From NCBI GenBank assembly GCA_963667015.2, contig CAXXJJ010000004.1, positions 928,001 to 992,000 of the forward strand: a stretch of 64,000 nt of DNA, read 5' to 3'. Below are positions 11,073 through 21,961 of the stretch, in pieces (the stretch's first letter is position 1; the number at the start of each line of letters is the position of its first letter). The position numbers and the translations under genes are program-made. Source of the DNA: Desulfatiglandales bacterium. Its GTDB lineage: Bacteria > Desulfobacterota > DSM-4660 > Desulfatiglandales > HGW-15. The notes beneath the pieces were generated by a model. The model saw nothing but the letters and a program-made list of their open reading frames with translations, was not told the origin of the DNA and searched no databases.

Positions 11073-11088
11073 TGGCACAAATCCTGCT
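11073..11088 (+). promoter_or_regulatory. Candidate sigma-54 -24/-12 promoter
   Basis: TGGCAC-AAATC-CTGCT, one mismatch to TGGCAC-N5-TTGCW, upstream of the permease gene. Confidence 0.5.
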
Positions 11089-11309
11089 AAATAAACAACC
11101 AGGGTGAAAATGACGGGAAAAGACCCGACTTCTAGATGTGATTAAACTCTACTAATTTTTATATTGACCACATATGTAAGTTTATATAACAAAACCTATT
11201 ATCTTTTTACCGTCTTTTATTGGTATTTTTGCTTAAAAAGCACGCTGCCTTTCCGAATCAATCGAATATTTAATTGTCAAACAGTACTTTAAGAAAAGGA
11301 TATTTTGCA

Positions 11310-13751
11310 ATGGCCAATACTGAGATTAGAGCAGCCTTTCGTGTTTTTTACCGTGAAAAAAGTTATGCCTTTATCAATCTCGCCGGATTAACCCTGTCTG
11401 TCGTGTGCTGTCTTATACTCGGCCTTTACCTGAGAAGCGAACTTACCTATGAACAGCATAATGAAAAGTACAAACAGATTTACAGGGTTGCCCATGCGTT
11501 TACACATAGCGGACCGCCGGACAGGATGGCATTAACACAGATTCCCCTCGGGACCATGCTCAAGGAAAACTATCCGGAAATTCTGGACTATGTTCGTTTT
11601 ATACAACCTTACAATAATGTTCTTATTCGCGCCAATGATAACGCCAGGTACTGGAGGACAATCTATGGCACTGATAAAAATGTATTTGATATGTTTACCC
11701 ATGAGATTGTTTATGGTGATCCGAAAACTGCGTTGAATGAGCCCGACTCAATCGCAATCAGTGAATCCTTTGCGAAATACTATTTTGGCAACAGTAATCC
11801 CATGGGTAAAATCATCAAAACCGAAGCCGAAGGAGTCGTTAGTGCATTGCCCAGGAAGGTCACGCTTGTTTTTCGTGATCTGCCCGAAAATACCCATTTG
11901 AAATACCATGCCCTTTATCATTGGGTTGATCCTCCAAATGTCAACCGGCTGTTGTACAACGCGAGAAGCTTTACCTATCTGTTAATGCCAGAGAATTATA
12001 ACATGGACAGCTTTAAAGCCATCAGTGATTCGTTCTTTGAACGTTTTTTCAAGGATAATCCAAGGATGGCACACAGCACCTGGGAATGCTGGCTTCAGCC
12101 ACTTACTGACGTACACCTACATTCAGATCTGATATACGATCTTCCAACAGGCAACATTTATTATGTTTATGGATTTTTATCTGTTGCTGTCTTCATTCTT
12201 CTGGTGGCCTGTATCAACTATGTGAACCTGGCAATAGCGCGCGCTGCAAAACGTGCAAAAGAAATCGGGATGAGAAAGATCCTGGGTGTATCCAGATCCC
12301 GTTTGATGACCTACTTTTTTGGAGAAGCAGCCATTTTTACAATCATCGCCCTTGCTGCAGGCACAGTGATAACAGCAGTCCTGCTGAAACTGACTCCTTT
12401 AAACAGCCTGTTTAACAGGGAACTGTCTTTAAGTATTACAAATGATCCGCGGATTTTACTGGCTTTGCTGGTGCTTGGCCTTGTCATAACCCTGTTATCC
12501 GGTTTTTATCCGGCGTTCTATCTCTCTTCCATCTCTCCCATGACAGCTCTGGCAGATAATCGAAAAAGTAAAAATAGTGGATTTCACCTCAGGGAACTGC
12601 TTGTTTTTGTACAGGTAACGGTCTCCATCATCGTTATTGCCTGTACCCTGATCATGGCTCAACAGATGTTTTTTATATCCCATATGCCCATGGGATTTGA
12701 TAAAAATAACAGAGTTATAATTGATCTACATGGTCTGGATGTGATTGAAAAGTATAAGCTCCTTAAAAATGAGCTCTTAAAAAACAGCAGCATACTTGGC
12801 GTCTCGGCCATCTCGGAAATGATTCTCTCTGAGCAGCTTGTTCCCGGTGATCAGGGAATGGTCGACAACGCGGAAGGCGTGATGGAAGCAACCTCTTTCA
12901 GTTATTTAGAGGTGGAAGAAAACCTTGTGAATGTAATGGGAATGGAATTGATTGAGGGCAGAAATTTCGATAAAAAATTTATCACCGATATAGGCACCTC
13001 CTTTGTTGTCAATGAAACACTGGTAAAGGCCAGGGGATGGGATAATGCCCTTGGAAAACGGATTCAACTCGGCCGTATGACTGGCAAGATCATCGGCGTG
13101 GTTAAGGATTTCCATTTTAAGCCCATTCACACTCCGGTCGAGCCTCTTGTAATGTGGCAGTTCAGCGATAAGGTAAATTACCAGGGAATTCCTGATGAAC
13201 AGCGTGATATGATACGGAGATCCATGATCGTGCATATTGCAAATTCCAATGTCCAGAAAACGCTGTATTTTCTCAGTGAAAAATTCCAGGAATTCGATCC
13301 GCGTCATCCTTTTGAGTATGAATTCCTGGATCATTCCATTGAAAAACTCTATATGTCCCAAGAACGCCTTATGAAAATGGCCGGGATTTTTTCAGGTATA
13401 TGTATCTTCATATCCTGCCTCGGGTTATACGGCCTTTCGAGTTTTTCTACCGAACAGCGCAGCAAAGAGATCGGGATACGTAAAGTTCTCGGTGCTTCCT
13501 CGTTGCAGATCATTACTCTACTTGCACGCAAGACCATGTGGCTTGTTATGGCAGGCGCTCTTGTCGCCACAATTATTGCATGGTATGCAATAGGAGAATG
13601 GCTGGAAAGCTTTGCCTACAGAGTTGCCATAAATCCGACGGCTTTTTTGTTATCTATCATTATAGTGCTCGGCCTGGCATTTCTGACCATTGCGGCACAG
13701 TCCTTTAAAACAGCTCAGAAGAATCCTTCGTTATCGCTGCATCATGAATAA
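11310..13751 (+). CDS. MacB/FtsX-family ABC transporter permease (duplicated form)
   Basis: ACINYVNL..KEIGMRKILG and EQRSKEIGIRKVLGAS; two MacB periplasmic domains; ATG 11310 preferred over TTG 11274. Confidence 0.92.
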   Translation: MANTEIRAAFRVFYREKSYAFINLAGLTLSVVCCLILGLYLRSELTYEQHNEKYKQIYRVAHAFTHSGPPDRMALTQIPLGTMLKENYPEILDYVRFIQPYNNVLIRANDNARYWRTIYGTDKNVFDMFTHEIVYGDPKTALNEPDSIAISESFAKYYFGNSNPMGKIIKTEAEGVVSALPRKVTLVFRDLPENTHLKYHALYHWVDPPNVNRLLYNARSFTYLLMPENYNMDSFKAISDSFFERFFKDNPRMAHSTWECWLQPLTDVHLHSDLIYDLPTGNIYYVYGFLSVAVFILLVACINYVNLAIARAAKRAKEIGMRKILGVSRSRLMTYFFGEAAIFTIIALAAGTVITAVLLKLTPLNSLFNRELSLSITNDPRILLALLVLGLVITLLSGFYPAFYLSSISPMTALADNRKSKNSGFHLRELLVFVQVTVSIIVIACTLIMAQQMFFISHMPMGFDKNNRVIIDLHGLDVIEKYKLLKNELLKNSSILGVSAISEMILSEQLVPGDQGMVDNAEGVMEATSFSYLEVEENLVNVMGMELIEGRNFDKKFITDIGTSFVVNETLVKARGWDNALGKRIQLGRMTGKIIGVVKDFHFKPIHTPVEPLVMWQFSDKVNYQGIPDEQRDMIRRSMIVHIANSNVQKTLYFLSEKFQEFDPRHPFEYEFLDHSIEKLYMSQERLMKMAGIFSGICIFISCLGLYGLSSFSTEQRSKEIGIRKVLGASSLQIITLLARKTMWLVMAGALVATIIAWYAIGEWLESFAYRVAINPTAFLLSIIIVLGLAFLTIAAQSFKTAQKNPSLSLHHE

Positions 13752-13785
13752 TTAAGTTTTTTGATAAGCAGAACACCGGAAAACA

Positions 13786-13856
13786 CAGGGGTCACTCCTT
13801 GACTTTGACTTTTTAGTACTAACTTCAGGTGGTAAAAGTGTCAAGGAATGACACTG
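13786..13856. repeat. Inverted pair of GGGGTC..CCTTGAC repeats
   Basis: ggggtcactccttgac ... gtcaaggaatgacac form an imperfect inverted repeat. Confidence 0.6.
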
Positions 13857-14028
13857 ATCTGTTCAATCATACATGGTGCCTGACAGTGTTGTTGACATTA
13901 AGTCAGGTATCGGTAGAATAAGAGGCTTTGAATTTATAGTACCCTGATTTTTCCCTGACGTCGGTATTTTTCCTGTTTAAGATTGTAAATGCCACAACCT
14001 TAAATCCGCTTCAAACAGGAGGTGCCCT

Positions 14029-15777
14029 ATGAAAATAAAAAGGGATTTCTTTATAATAATTTCATTTATTTTTCTTTTACCTGTAATCTTTTTCGGCTGT
14101 GATGATGGTTCAGTGTCAGCCGAAAAGTATCAGGAGGAGCCTTTGAAAAATGTTGAACCCGCAGAAGAAGTCATGGAGATGCTCCATGATCTTTGCGATA
14201 TCGCCGGGTATGGCATTCATTCAGGGATACAGACACAGCCTAAGGCAGATCAGGCTGCCAACTATATTCTTAAAAGGCTTCACGGATACGGTGTACAAGC
14301 CAGACTGGAACAAATTACGGCGAATAGCCCCTATCCGGAAAAATTTGAACTTACAGTCGAAATCGAAGGTCAGGACAGCAGGACATTAACCAGTTTTCCA
14401 TTGCAGTGGACTGTAGGAACTCCGGAAGGAGGCGTTAAGGGCAAGCTCATATATGCAGGAGACGGGTCTGCTTCCAATTTTGAACTTGTTGACGTTAAAG
14501 ACAAAATTGTTTTGATAGACGAGAAAATGATGCGGGGTTACAATCCTACCGGCAGAGCAAATAATGCGGTTATTACCGCCAAAGATAAAGGTGCTATTGG
14601 TGTAATTCGAGCCGGCCTCCAGGTGGATAGTCCCCAATTCCAAAAGGGTGACCCGACAATGCCGCCCGATATCTTCCCAATCCCGGTTTTCTCAGTTGGC
14701 AAGAGCGTGGGAGATTATCTAAGAGACCTGGCAACCTCTTCTATGCCTCCAAACATCAAGATGATTCTCAAGGTGCCGCAAAATAAATTTAACGCACATA
14801 ATGTTGTTTTTGAATTGCCTGGAAACGGCAGTATGGATGAAGTCATTTTAGTAGGTACACACTATGATACCGGAATGTTTACCGGGGCTGTTGATAATAA
14901 TGGCAGCGTTGCTTTAATGATAGCGTGGACAAGATACTTTGCTGATAAACCGAAGGCATCAAGAAACCGCGACATGATCTTTGCCTGGTGTTTTGGACAT
15001 GATTTTGACAATAATACCGGCCATTACCAGTTTGCCGAGGCACATAAGGCGCAACTGGAAAAGGCAATAGTGTGGGATGTTGACCATGCTGTTGGAGGCA
15101 TAAGGTATGTGTTCGATGACACTGAAGGAAAAATCTTACCAACTGACAAAACCAACGAGTTTTATATCATTTCCAATAATTATACCTTTTCCAGGCTAGC
15201 GGCATTCACCATGGATAAGTATGGATTTATCTGCACCCATAATCGTTTTAATTCCATTGGGTCTGGACCCCAGTGGGGAATTGCACCATCAACCCGTCCC
15301 TGGGTTAATGTGGCGACTATTCCACTCTACTATCACTCCATTCTCGATACTCCTGAAAAGGTTACTCTTGATCAGGCAAGGCGTGCCTATGCCGCACATA
15401 TTGAAATTCTGGAAAATATCGACCGGACACCTGAGGGATTCCTTGAATACGATAACATCAGCAAGAAACGTCCTAACAGGCCTCCTGAAGTAAGAATTGA
15501 TATATTGTCAGAGAAAGTGAGGGTGGGAGACCTTGTCCTGGTCTGGAATGATTCATACTCATTTAACGATGACAAGACTTCTTATCATCATCCGGCGTTA
15601 CCTGAATGGGCAGGCACTACATGGGATTGGGGAGATGATACTCCCCTGACAATTGGCGGTCCCATGGTTAATCATGCCTATGAAAATCCGGGGACATATG
15701 TAATTACAATGACCTTTACTGATACGGAAGGTGCTCAGAGCAAGGCTGAGCGTGAAATCAAAGTGCTTTCCAGGTAA
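14029..15777 (+). CDS. Lipoprotein: M28-like peptidase fold with PA domain and C-terminal PKD domain
   Basis: Lipobox FFGC; PA insert DVKDKIVL; GTHYD, GAVDNNGS, YHSILDT; PKD WDWGD..HAYENPGTY. Confidence 0.8.
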   Translation: MKIKRDFFIIISFIFLLPVIFFGCDDGSVSAEKYQEEPLKNVEPAEEVMEMLHDLCDIAGYGIHSGIQTQPKADQAANYILKRLHGYGVQARLEQITANSPYPEKFELTVEIEGQDSRTLTSFPLQWTVGTPEGGVKGKLIYAGDGSASNFELVDVKDKIVLIDEKMMRGYNPTGRANNAVITAKDKGAIGVIRAGLQVDSPQFQKGDPTMPPDIFPIPVFSVGKSVGDYLRDLATSSMPPNIKMILKVPQNKFNAHNVVFELPGNGSMDEVILVGTHYDTGMFTGAVDNNGSVALMIAWTRYFADKPKASRNRDMIFAWCFGHDFDNNTGHYQFAEAHKAQLEKAIVWDVDHAVGGIRYVFDDTEGKILPTDKTNEFYIISNNYTFSRLAAFTMDKYGFICTHNRFNSIGSGPQWGIAPSTRPWVNVATIPLYYHSILDTPEKVTLDQARRAYAAHIEILENIDRTPEGFLEYDNISKKRPNRPPEVRIDILSEKVRVGDLVLVWNDSYSFNDDKTSYHHPALPEWAGTTWDWGDDTPLTIGGPMVNHAYENPGTYVITMTFTDTEGAQSKAEREIKVLSR

Positions 15778-15812
15778 TTGATGGTTAAGGCATTCAATTG
15801 AGGAGGGGAACT

Positions 15813-17903
15813 ATGAAAATCAGATGGCATTCCATTTTAATGCTTTACCTTGTGTTTTTCTTGCTCACGGTCCTTTCAAGTTGTGGCGACAGCACTGTAT
15901 CCACAGAAAACCAACAGAAAGTGATTTTTGTGAATTCTGAAAATGGGAACGCCGTAAAACCGGCAAAATTCGTCATTGAACCTCCGACCCTCATATGCCT
16001 TGGGTTTGAATGGTATATTGAAGGGGATGACAACCATAATGCTATTGTGAAAGTATCATACAGAAAAAAGGGAGAAAATTCCTGGAAAGAGGCCCTGCCT
16101 CTTTTAAGAATCCAGAATGAAGAATGCATTGATTCTTTTTCAGTCAACTGGATCGATTATGTAACCCCGAACCTGTTTGCCGGAAGCATAATGGATCTTC
16201 AGCCTGATACGGATTATGAGTGCAAATTTATTCTTTCTGATCCGGATGGCGTTCATGGTACGGTCAAAAGTGAATCTTCACTGGATCAAAAAATTGTAAC
16301 TGTGCGCACACGTCCTGAGCCGAAACCGGTTGAAGGCGGCAGGGTTTACCATGTCTATCCCTGGGACTATACCGGACCAAAAGAAGAACCTAATTTTGTA
16401 AACCTTATGCAGGCCTATTATGCGGGTGGCGGGTGTACGGCAGACTGGTGGAATGTTGCCCCACCCCGGGTTCAGCCTGGAGATACCATACTGATTCATG
16501 AGGGAGTATACAAAGAGGACTGGACTTTTTACGGGGCGGACATCTGGAAACATGGGCAGGGCGCTAAATTCTCAGGGACTTATTTCCTGACCCAGAAAGG
16601 AACTCCTGAAAAGCCCATTGTTATAAAGGCTGCAGATGGAGAAAAGGTGGTCTTTGACGGAAACGGTAACTTCAACCTTTTCAATGTCATGGCTGCGGAT
16701 TATCATCACTTTGAAGGGCTGATTATTCGTAATACCGATGTTGCATTCTGGGCCGGTCAAAAAAGGATAACCGGATGTAAGGGCTTAACAGTCAAAAGGT
16801 GCCGGATTGAGAATATCGATAAAGGAATTCATTCCGAGTGGTCGGGCTCGAAGAATTTTTACATTGCTGATAACGAATTTATCGGCAGGCATGACCAGAG
16901 CGAAATACATTCATGGTTTCTAAAGAGCGAAAGGACGCCCGTACTGCTTTTCCCATATGAAAAATGCCTGTCCGAATATGCCGTAAAACTGGCCGGGGAA
17001 GGTCATGTTGTATGTCATAATTACGTTGCACATTTCCATAACGGAATATGTCATGCTACATACGGCGTCCCTGAAGGCTATCCCGCATACGGCCACCCGG
17101 ATTTCTATCCGGTTAAAGAAGTGCTTAAAGAAGACAGAATGTTCAGGGCAAATGACTTCTATAATAATTTTATTCAAAACGTGCACGACAACGCAATCGA
17201 GACAGACGGGACAATGTATAATATTCGTGTTCTGCGCAACTATTGCATAGACGGGGCAGCCCAGGCCCTGAGTTCGCAAACCCTATATGGCGGACCTGCA
17301 TATTTTATACGTAATATTATATACCATGGCTCGAACACGGGCTTTATAAAACATGCAAATCACCCGTCAGGTTCCATTTATTATCACAATACAGCCATTG
17401 CAAACACGAATGCAGGTGCAGGTTCGAATTATCATTTCCGGAATAATCTTATACTTAACTGGATGCCCGGGTTGCCTGTTTTTTCTGTTGACACTTTTTC
17501 AAATTACACATCTTCCGATTATAACGGTTTTCATCCCGACCTGAAAGCAGAGTATTCCTTTAGATGGAACTCTCCTCCATTCGATATACCCAGGGATTAT
17601 AAAAATCCCGTGGAAGAACGCCAATATAAGACACTCGCCGAATACAGCCAGGCCACTGGCCAGGATAAACACAGTATCCTGGTAGATTATGATATCTTTG
17701 AGCGTGTTCATCCGCCTGTTTATCCGGATGAGATTACAAAAATCTTCAGTGCTGACGATATGGATTTTAGAATAAAGCCGAATGCAGCAGCAGTTGATGC
17801 AGCATGTATTCTACCCAATGTGAATGATGACTTTACAGGAGAAGCACCGGATATGGGGGCTTTGGAGACTGGTTTGCCTGTACCTCACTATGGTCCGCGC
17901 TAG
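15813..17903 (+). CDS. Lipoprotein with FN3-like domain and right-handed beta-helix (polysaccharide lyase-like fold)
   Basis: Lipobox LSSC; DLQPDTDYE; QPGDTILIHEGVY; repetitive N-rich strands; C-term APDMGALE. Confidence 0.75.
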   Translation: MKIRWHSILMLYLVFFLLTVLSSCGDSTVSTENQQKVIFVNSENGNAVKPAKFVIEPPTLICLGFEWYIEGDDNHNAIVKVSYRKKGENSWKEALPLLRIQNEECIDSFSVNWIDYVTPNLFAGSIMDLQPDTDYECKFILSDPDGVHGTVKSESSLDQKIVTVRTRPEPKPVEGGRVYHVYPWDYTGPKEEPNFVNLMQAYYAGGGCTADWWNVAPPRVQPGDTILIHEGVYKEDWTFYGADIWKHGQGAKFSGTYFLTQKGTPEKPIVIKAADGEKVVFDGNGNFNLFNVMAADYHHFEGLIIRNTDVAFWAGQKRITGCKGLTVKRCRIENIDKGIHSEWSGSKNFYIADNEFIGRHDQSEIHSWFLKSERTPVLLFPYEKCLSEYAVKLAGEGHVVCHNYVAHFHNGICHATYGVPEGYPAYGHPDFYPVKEVLKEDRMFRANDFYNNFIQNVHDNAIETDGTMYNIRVLRNYCIDGAAQALSSQTLYGGPAYFIRNIIYHGSNTGFIKHANHPSGSIYYHNTAIANTNAGAGSNYHFRNNLILNWMPGLPVFSVDTFSNYTSSDYNGFHPDLKAEYSFRWNSPPFDIPRDYKNPVEERQYKTLAEYSQATGQDKHSILVDYDIFERVHPPVYPDEITKIFSADDMDFRIKPNAAAVDAACILPNVNDDFTGEAPDMGALETGLPVPHYGPR

Positions 17904-17952
17904 TGAATCAACGGGGTCTGTGAATCAACGGGGTCTCCCTTGACATGTGACA
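17903..17952. repeat. Perfect 17-bp tandem duplication followed by CCCTTGACATGTGAC
   Basis: gtgaatcaacggggtct twice (17903-17936). Confidence 0.75.
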
Positions 17953-18101
17953 TATGTGTGAATGCAAACCTTTCTGCCAGTCAATTTTTCAGGAGAAGAA
18001 AATGAAGAAGTCTGAATTAGAAGAAACATTTCGGGAATTGAAAGGGGCTTATTTTATTTCTTCATTTACTCTGATACTGGGTTGTGTCATTTGCATAAAC
18101 C

Positions 18102-19646
18102 TTAACAGACAAGGTTTCTTCCCTCATCTTTGGCTTTATATAATAACTGATCAGCCCTATTAAAAAGTTCATAAAGAGTCTCATCCCCATTAAAGGCAGC
18201 CACTCCAAAACTTGCTGTCACATTGATCTCCTGCTGTTCAAATAAGATGGGCTTGTCTGCAATTGAGCTGCGTATCTTTTCGGCTACACGGATTGCTGAA
18301 TTATAGGGGATTTCAGGTAAAAGAATGACAAACTCTTCGCCTCCATATCTCCCAATGGTGTCGCTTTCACGAATTTGTTTTTTACATATCTGTGCTATTT
18401 CGATTAAAACCCGGTCACCTGCGGAATGTCCCCATGAATCATTGATTTTTTTAAAGTGATCAATATCAAAGAAGAGGACACTCAGGTCACGTTTATATCT
18501 TACGGAGTGTTTTATTTCTTTTTCGCCGATTTCAAGAAGATTTCTCCTGTTTTTTAATCCTGTAAGCGGATCAGTTGTGGCCATTGCATGAAGTTTTGCC
18601 TCAAGCTTTTTCTCTTCAGTTATATCAGCCACTATATAGATTATACCTCCGAGAAACTGCCTTGTCTGCGATATCACATTCTTCCTGATACTGTAGTAAT
18701 GTTTTTCACCATCCTGTTCTTCAACAAATGTCATGTTACTGTTTAGAATCTGATAAAGATTAATTTTACGGCCGTCATCAGTTAAATCAATATCCCTTAT
18801 ATAAATACCGACACGACATTTTTTAAGCTCAGGGAAAATACCCAGTATCGATTTATTATAGTCAACCAGTCTGTCTGTGGAATCAGTTACAATTAAGCCA
18901 TTATCCATATTTTCAAAAATATGTTCCCGTGCAACCGGAACTATGTCAAACAGGGACATATTAAAAAGCGCAATGACTAAAAAAGGGCATGAAAGCCCGA
19001 GGGACAACGGGGTAATATCAATGTGTTCCGGAGCCAGTCCGGTGATATACAGTATATATCCTCCAAAGGGGAAAATTGTAACTGCAATGAGTAATGCAAT
19101 ATTGTTCCGGTATTTTTTATCCTTTTTAAAACGGACAATGCAGTGAACCAGGGCCATAAAAACAAGAAAGAAGGTATACAGATTATTTATGAAATACCAT
19201 ATTCCTTTTTCAAAGTGTAAGATGGAAAGCCCCTCATAAAAGCTAAGCTGAGGATTGATGTAAAAAAGATTATGTCTGTCTGTTGTTAAATGTAAAAAAA
19301 AGGTAAAGACAGGAATTATAAGCAGTATAAATGTGATTTTTAAAGGAATCACATTTGTATGACGCAGATATTTCCAGATAAGAGTATAGAGAAAAAATGG
19401 GATAAAAGGGATGCCTAGATATTGAACATTTGAAAAAAACATGGCGCTTTCGAGATCCGCGGAAGCTACCTCAAAACCATACCCCGCTGAATAAACGCAC
19501 ATCACAAGCATAAGCATGAGAAAAGAGGTTCCTCCGACAGCTTTGCGATGGCGAATTGCCAGGGCTGCAAAAAAAAGGGTAAACCCGGCAATTATGAAAT
19601 GCACGACAGAAAAAGATGAAACTGCATGTAAGTGTAAGTCTGACAT
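18102..19646 (-). CDS. Diguanylate cyclase, HisKA_7TM-PAS-GGDEF
   Basis: 7-TM N-terminus; PVAREHIFENM; TDPLTGL, DIDHFKKIND, RYGGEEF; RESD I-site. Confidence 0.92.
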   Translation of the reverse strand: MSDLHLHAVSSFSVVHFIIAGFTLFFAALAIRHRKAVGGTSFLMLMLVMCVYSAGYGFEVASADLESAMFFSNVQYLGIPFIPFFLYTLIWKYLRHTNVIPLKITFILLIIPVFTFFLHLTTDRHNLFYINPQLSFYEGLSILHFEKGIWYFINNLYTFFLVFMALVHCIVRFKKDKKYRNNIALLIAVTIFPFGGYILYITGLAPEHIDITPLSLGLSCPFLVIALFNMSLFDIVPVAREHIFENMDNGLIVTDSTDRLVDYNKSILGIFPELKKCRVGIYIRDIDLTDDGRKINLYQILNSNMTFVEEQDGEKHYYSIRKNVISQTRQFLGGIIYIVADITEEKKLEAKLHAMATTDPLTGLKNRRNLLEIGEKEIKHSVRYKRDLSVLFFDIDHFKKINDSWGHSAGDRVLIEIAQICKKQIRESDTIGRYGGEEFVILLPEIPYNSAIRVAEKIRSSIADKPILFEQQEINVTASFGVAAFNGDETLYELFNRADQLLYKAKDEGRNLVC

Positions 19647-19742
19647 CTATATTTATTCTCGAAATCCTTGAAGAAATTACATTGTTTTTAATTAAACAGC
19701 AAAGTCGATTATACAGCGGGGTGTCGCAAACAGGAATATGTA

Positions 19743-20060
19743 CTATTTATCGCCGCTATATGCGATATAGTGTTCCTTCAATTCCTCCAGCAGATCCCTT
19801 TGGCAAGTCGGTAACTGTCCCAAACACATTTCATATACAACGCATTTGCGGCAATCGCCGAAATTGGGACATTTGGTATTCCAGCATTCACATTCGAACT
19901 TGTCCGCTTCACGCCCGCTTGCCAGTGCCATGCGCATTTCTTCACGGGTGACTTTCGGAGGATTTTCTAACCATTTGTTTTTGTTTTGCTGTTCCAGTAT
20001 GTTTTTTTCTTCCTTCCTTTCTATGTAATATTGGAAATTTGCTTCCATATTTATCTGCAT
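19743..20060 (-). CDS. Small Cys-rich hypothetical (likely metal-binding) protein
   Basis: CECWNTKCPNFGDCRKC..LPTC. Confidence 0.65.
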   Translation of the reverse strand: MQINMEANFQYYIERKEEKNILEQQNKNKWLENPPKVTREEMRMALASGREADKFECECWNTKCPNFGDCRKCVVYEMCLGQLPTCQRDLLEELKEHYIAYSGDK

Positions 20061-20364
20061 AGTATTATTTAAGCCATATTATTACTCTCTCTCAGTTTTC
20101 TAGTCAATAGGTCCGGGCTTCACCGTCGTGAATCGCGGTAGGGCCATGGTAACCCCTTATTATATAAGATTTGGATCTTCATCCTGTTAAATACTGCTTT
20201 GCAGTCAGCTACGCTAATTTAACTGGACAAGTCTTACCTGCGGTATATAACAGGGCAGGCTACTTTATATAAAAATATAAAAGTCATAAGATAGGAATTA
20301 CGTTTTAAATCTTGGATATAGCATATTTTCATTAAAATATACTTGATGGAGAACGGAGAATACA

Positions 20365-20827
20365 GTGAAAGTAAAAAGTTTTATCAAAAATTTTATTATC
20401 TTTTTTTGTTTGTCCTTTGTCTTCATAACTGCCATCACTTATTTATACAGTTTTATAGACCCTGGCGCCCGGTTGGTGATTCGGTGCTGGAAAGAAGGGA
20501 ACAAAATCTGGGACAAGGTTTTCCTTGGTATTTTCACGATCTCACTTCTCCTGTTTCCGGCTGTTGCAGGCCTTGATGTGGGGAGGTTCAAGTGGTCCCA
20601 GCTCGGATTCCCATGGGTGATCCCGGGAATTGTGCTGGCCCTGGTAAAATTTATCCTGTGGCACTGGGCAATAGTAAAGAACAAACACCTGGAGGCAACG
20701 GTTAGTATCCAGACAGACAGGGACCACAAAGTTGTAACGGACGGCCCCCTATCGTTTTGTCAGACATCCGGGTTATGTGGGTATTATTCTCGAATCTCTC
20801 TCCGGTTCTTTCATTAAAGCAGGATAA
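20365..20827 (+). pseudogene. Isoprenylcysteine carboxyl methyltransferase (Ste14/PEMT) family, frameshifted and truncated
   Basis: VSIQTDRDHKVVTDGP, then an extra C in the C5 run (20745-20749); the shifted frame restores YRFVRHPGYVG but stops at 20827. Confidence 0.8.
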
Positions 20828-20977
20828 TAGACTGTAGACTATAGGCTGCCAGGGAAAACATAAAAGTCAAAATATGAATTTCACTGGCTAAAGATTTAAA
20901 ATGAAAAAGACACAGGGGCAGGTTGGATTATTAACCCATCCTGCATACTTAACCTTATAAATGAGAGGATATTTAAG

Positions 20978-21496
20978 ATGATAAAGACAATTTTTGGATT
21001 GACGGCTGTTCTTATAGCTGCCATTGCTATCGGCTGTAGCGACAGCACGCCGGACACAGAAAATCAAAAGGGAAATATTATAGGCCCCTGCGAGCTGATC
21101 TCCAAAACAGATGTGGAACAGCTTATCGGCGAGCCCATGAAAGATCCTCAAAAAAGAGATAACAAAACAGTAGGACAGAATTTTTGTATCTACGAATCCG
21201 CAAAGGAAGACTCATTCAGGTTCTTTCAAATAAGCATTACTCAGGAGGCTTTTATGCCGCCCGACAGGCCAAGCCCTAAAGCTATTTACGAATCGTTAAA
21301 GGGCAACTTCCCGGATGCTGTCAAGGTTGAAGGCAGCGGTGATGATGCCTTCATTGCGCCGCCGGGATTGCATGTAATCAAAAACAACTACTACATTACG
21401 ATTGGCGTTGGAAACTCCGGCGACCCGAAAAACCGTGAAATCTTAAAGGCGTCCGGCGAAAAAGCTGTCGAGAATCTTTTAAAACTTATAAAATAG
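20978..21496 (+). CDS. Lipoprotein (DUF3558-like), unknown function
   Basis: Lipobox IAIGC; PCELISKTDVEQLIG; GSGDDAF. Confidence 0.75.
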   Translation: MIKTIFGLTAVLIAAIAIGCSDSTPDTENQKGNIIGPCELISKTDVEQLIGEPMKDPQKRDNKTVGQNFCIYESAKEDSFRFFQISITQEAFMPPDRPSPKAIYESLKGNFPDAVKVEGSGDDAFIAPPGLHVIKNNYYITIGVGNSGDPKNREILKASGEKAVENLLKLIK

Positions 21497-21539
21497 ATTC
21501 ATCCATTGTTAAAAAAAAGGGACATTTGTCATGCCTGCA

Positions 21540-21770
21540 ATGCAACAATTTGACCGAATAACTATTGATCCGAATATTATGAACGGAAAAGCATGTATCA
21601 GAGGTATGCGCATCCAGGTTTCCCTCCTTTAAAATTTAGTTGCCAATAGAATGACGGAAAAAGAAATCCTGGAAGCATATCCTTACCTGGAACCTGAGGA
21701 TATTTCACAATCCCTTCAATACGCGGCATGGCTGGCGGAAGATCGTATCGAATTATTGGCTGAGGGATAG
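21540..21770 (+). pseudogene. DUF433 antitoxin with internal stop codon
   Basis: MQQFDRITIDPNIMNGKACIRGMRIQVSLL*NLVAN..EILEAYPYLEPEDISQSLQYAA; TAA at 21630-21632. Confidence 0.85.
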
Positions 21771-21936
21771 CTAAGTGAATTTTTTCCTTGATTTTGATAA
21801 ATTGGATTATACTATCAATTTGCGTCAAAATATTTCGTTGTCATTATTTACCTTTAAAATAACTGCTTTTAAGGGCGAAAAATCCCCTCCCCTGCAAATT
21901 TCCTGATCTACATAACTGCACTCCCCAGGATCATTA

Positions 21937-21961
21937 AGGGCACGGCGCGCCGTGCCCCTAC
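21937..21961. repeat. GTAG-type REP palindrome
   Basis: agggcacggcgcgccgtgcccctac; same family as 33260-33340. Confidence 0.75.

Noticed and set aside
17903..17936. Direct repeat as CRISPR remnant
   Set aside because: Two adjacent copies, no spacer and no cas genes.
21630..21632. Stop-codon recoding in DUF433
   Set aside because: The stop is TAA, not TGA or TAG; a simple nonsense mutation is more parsimonious.
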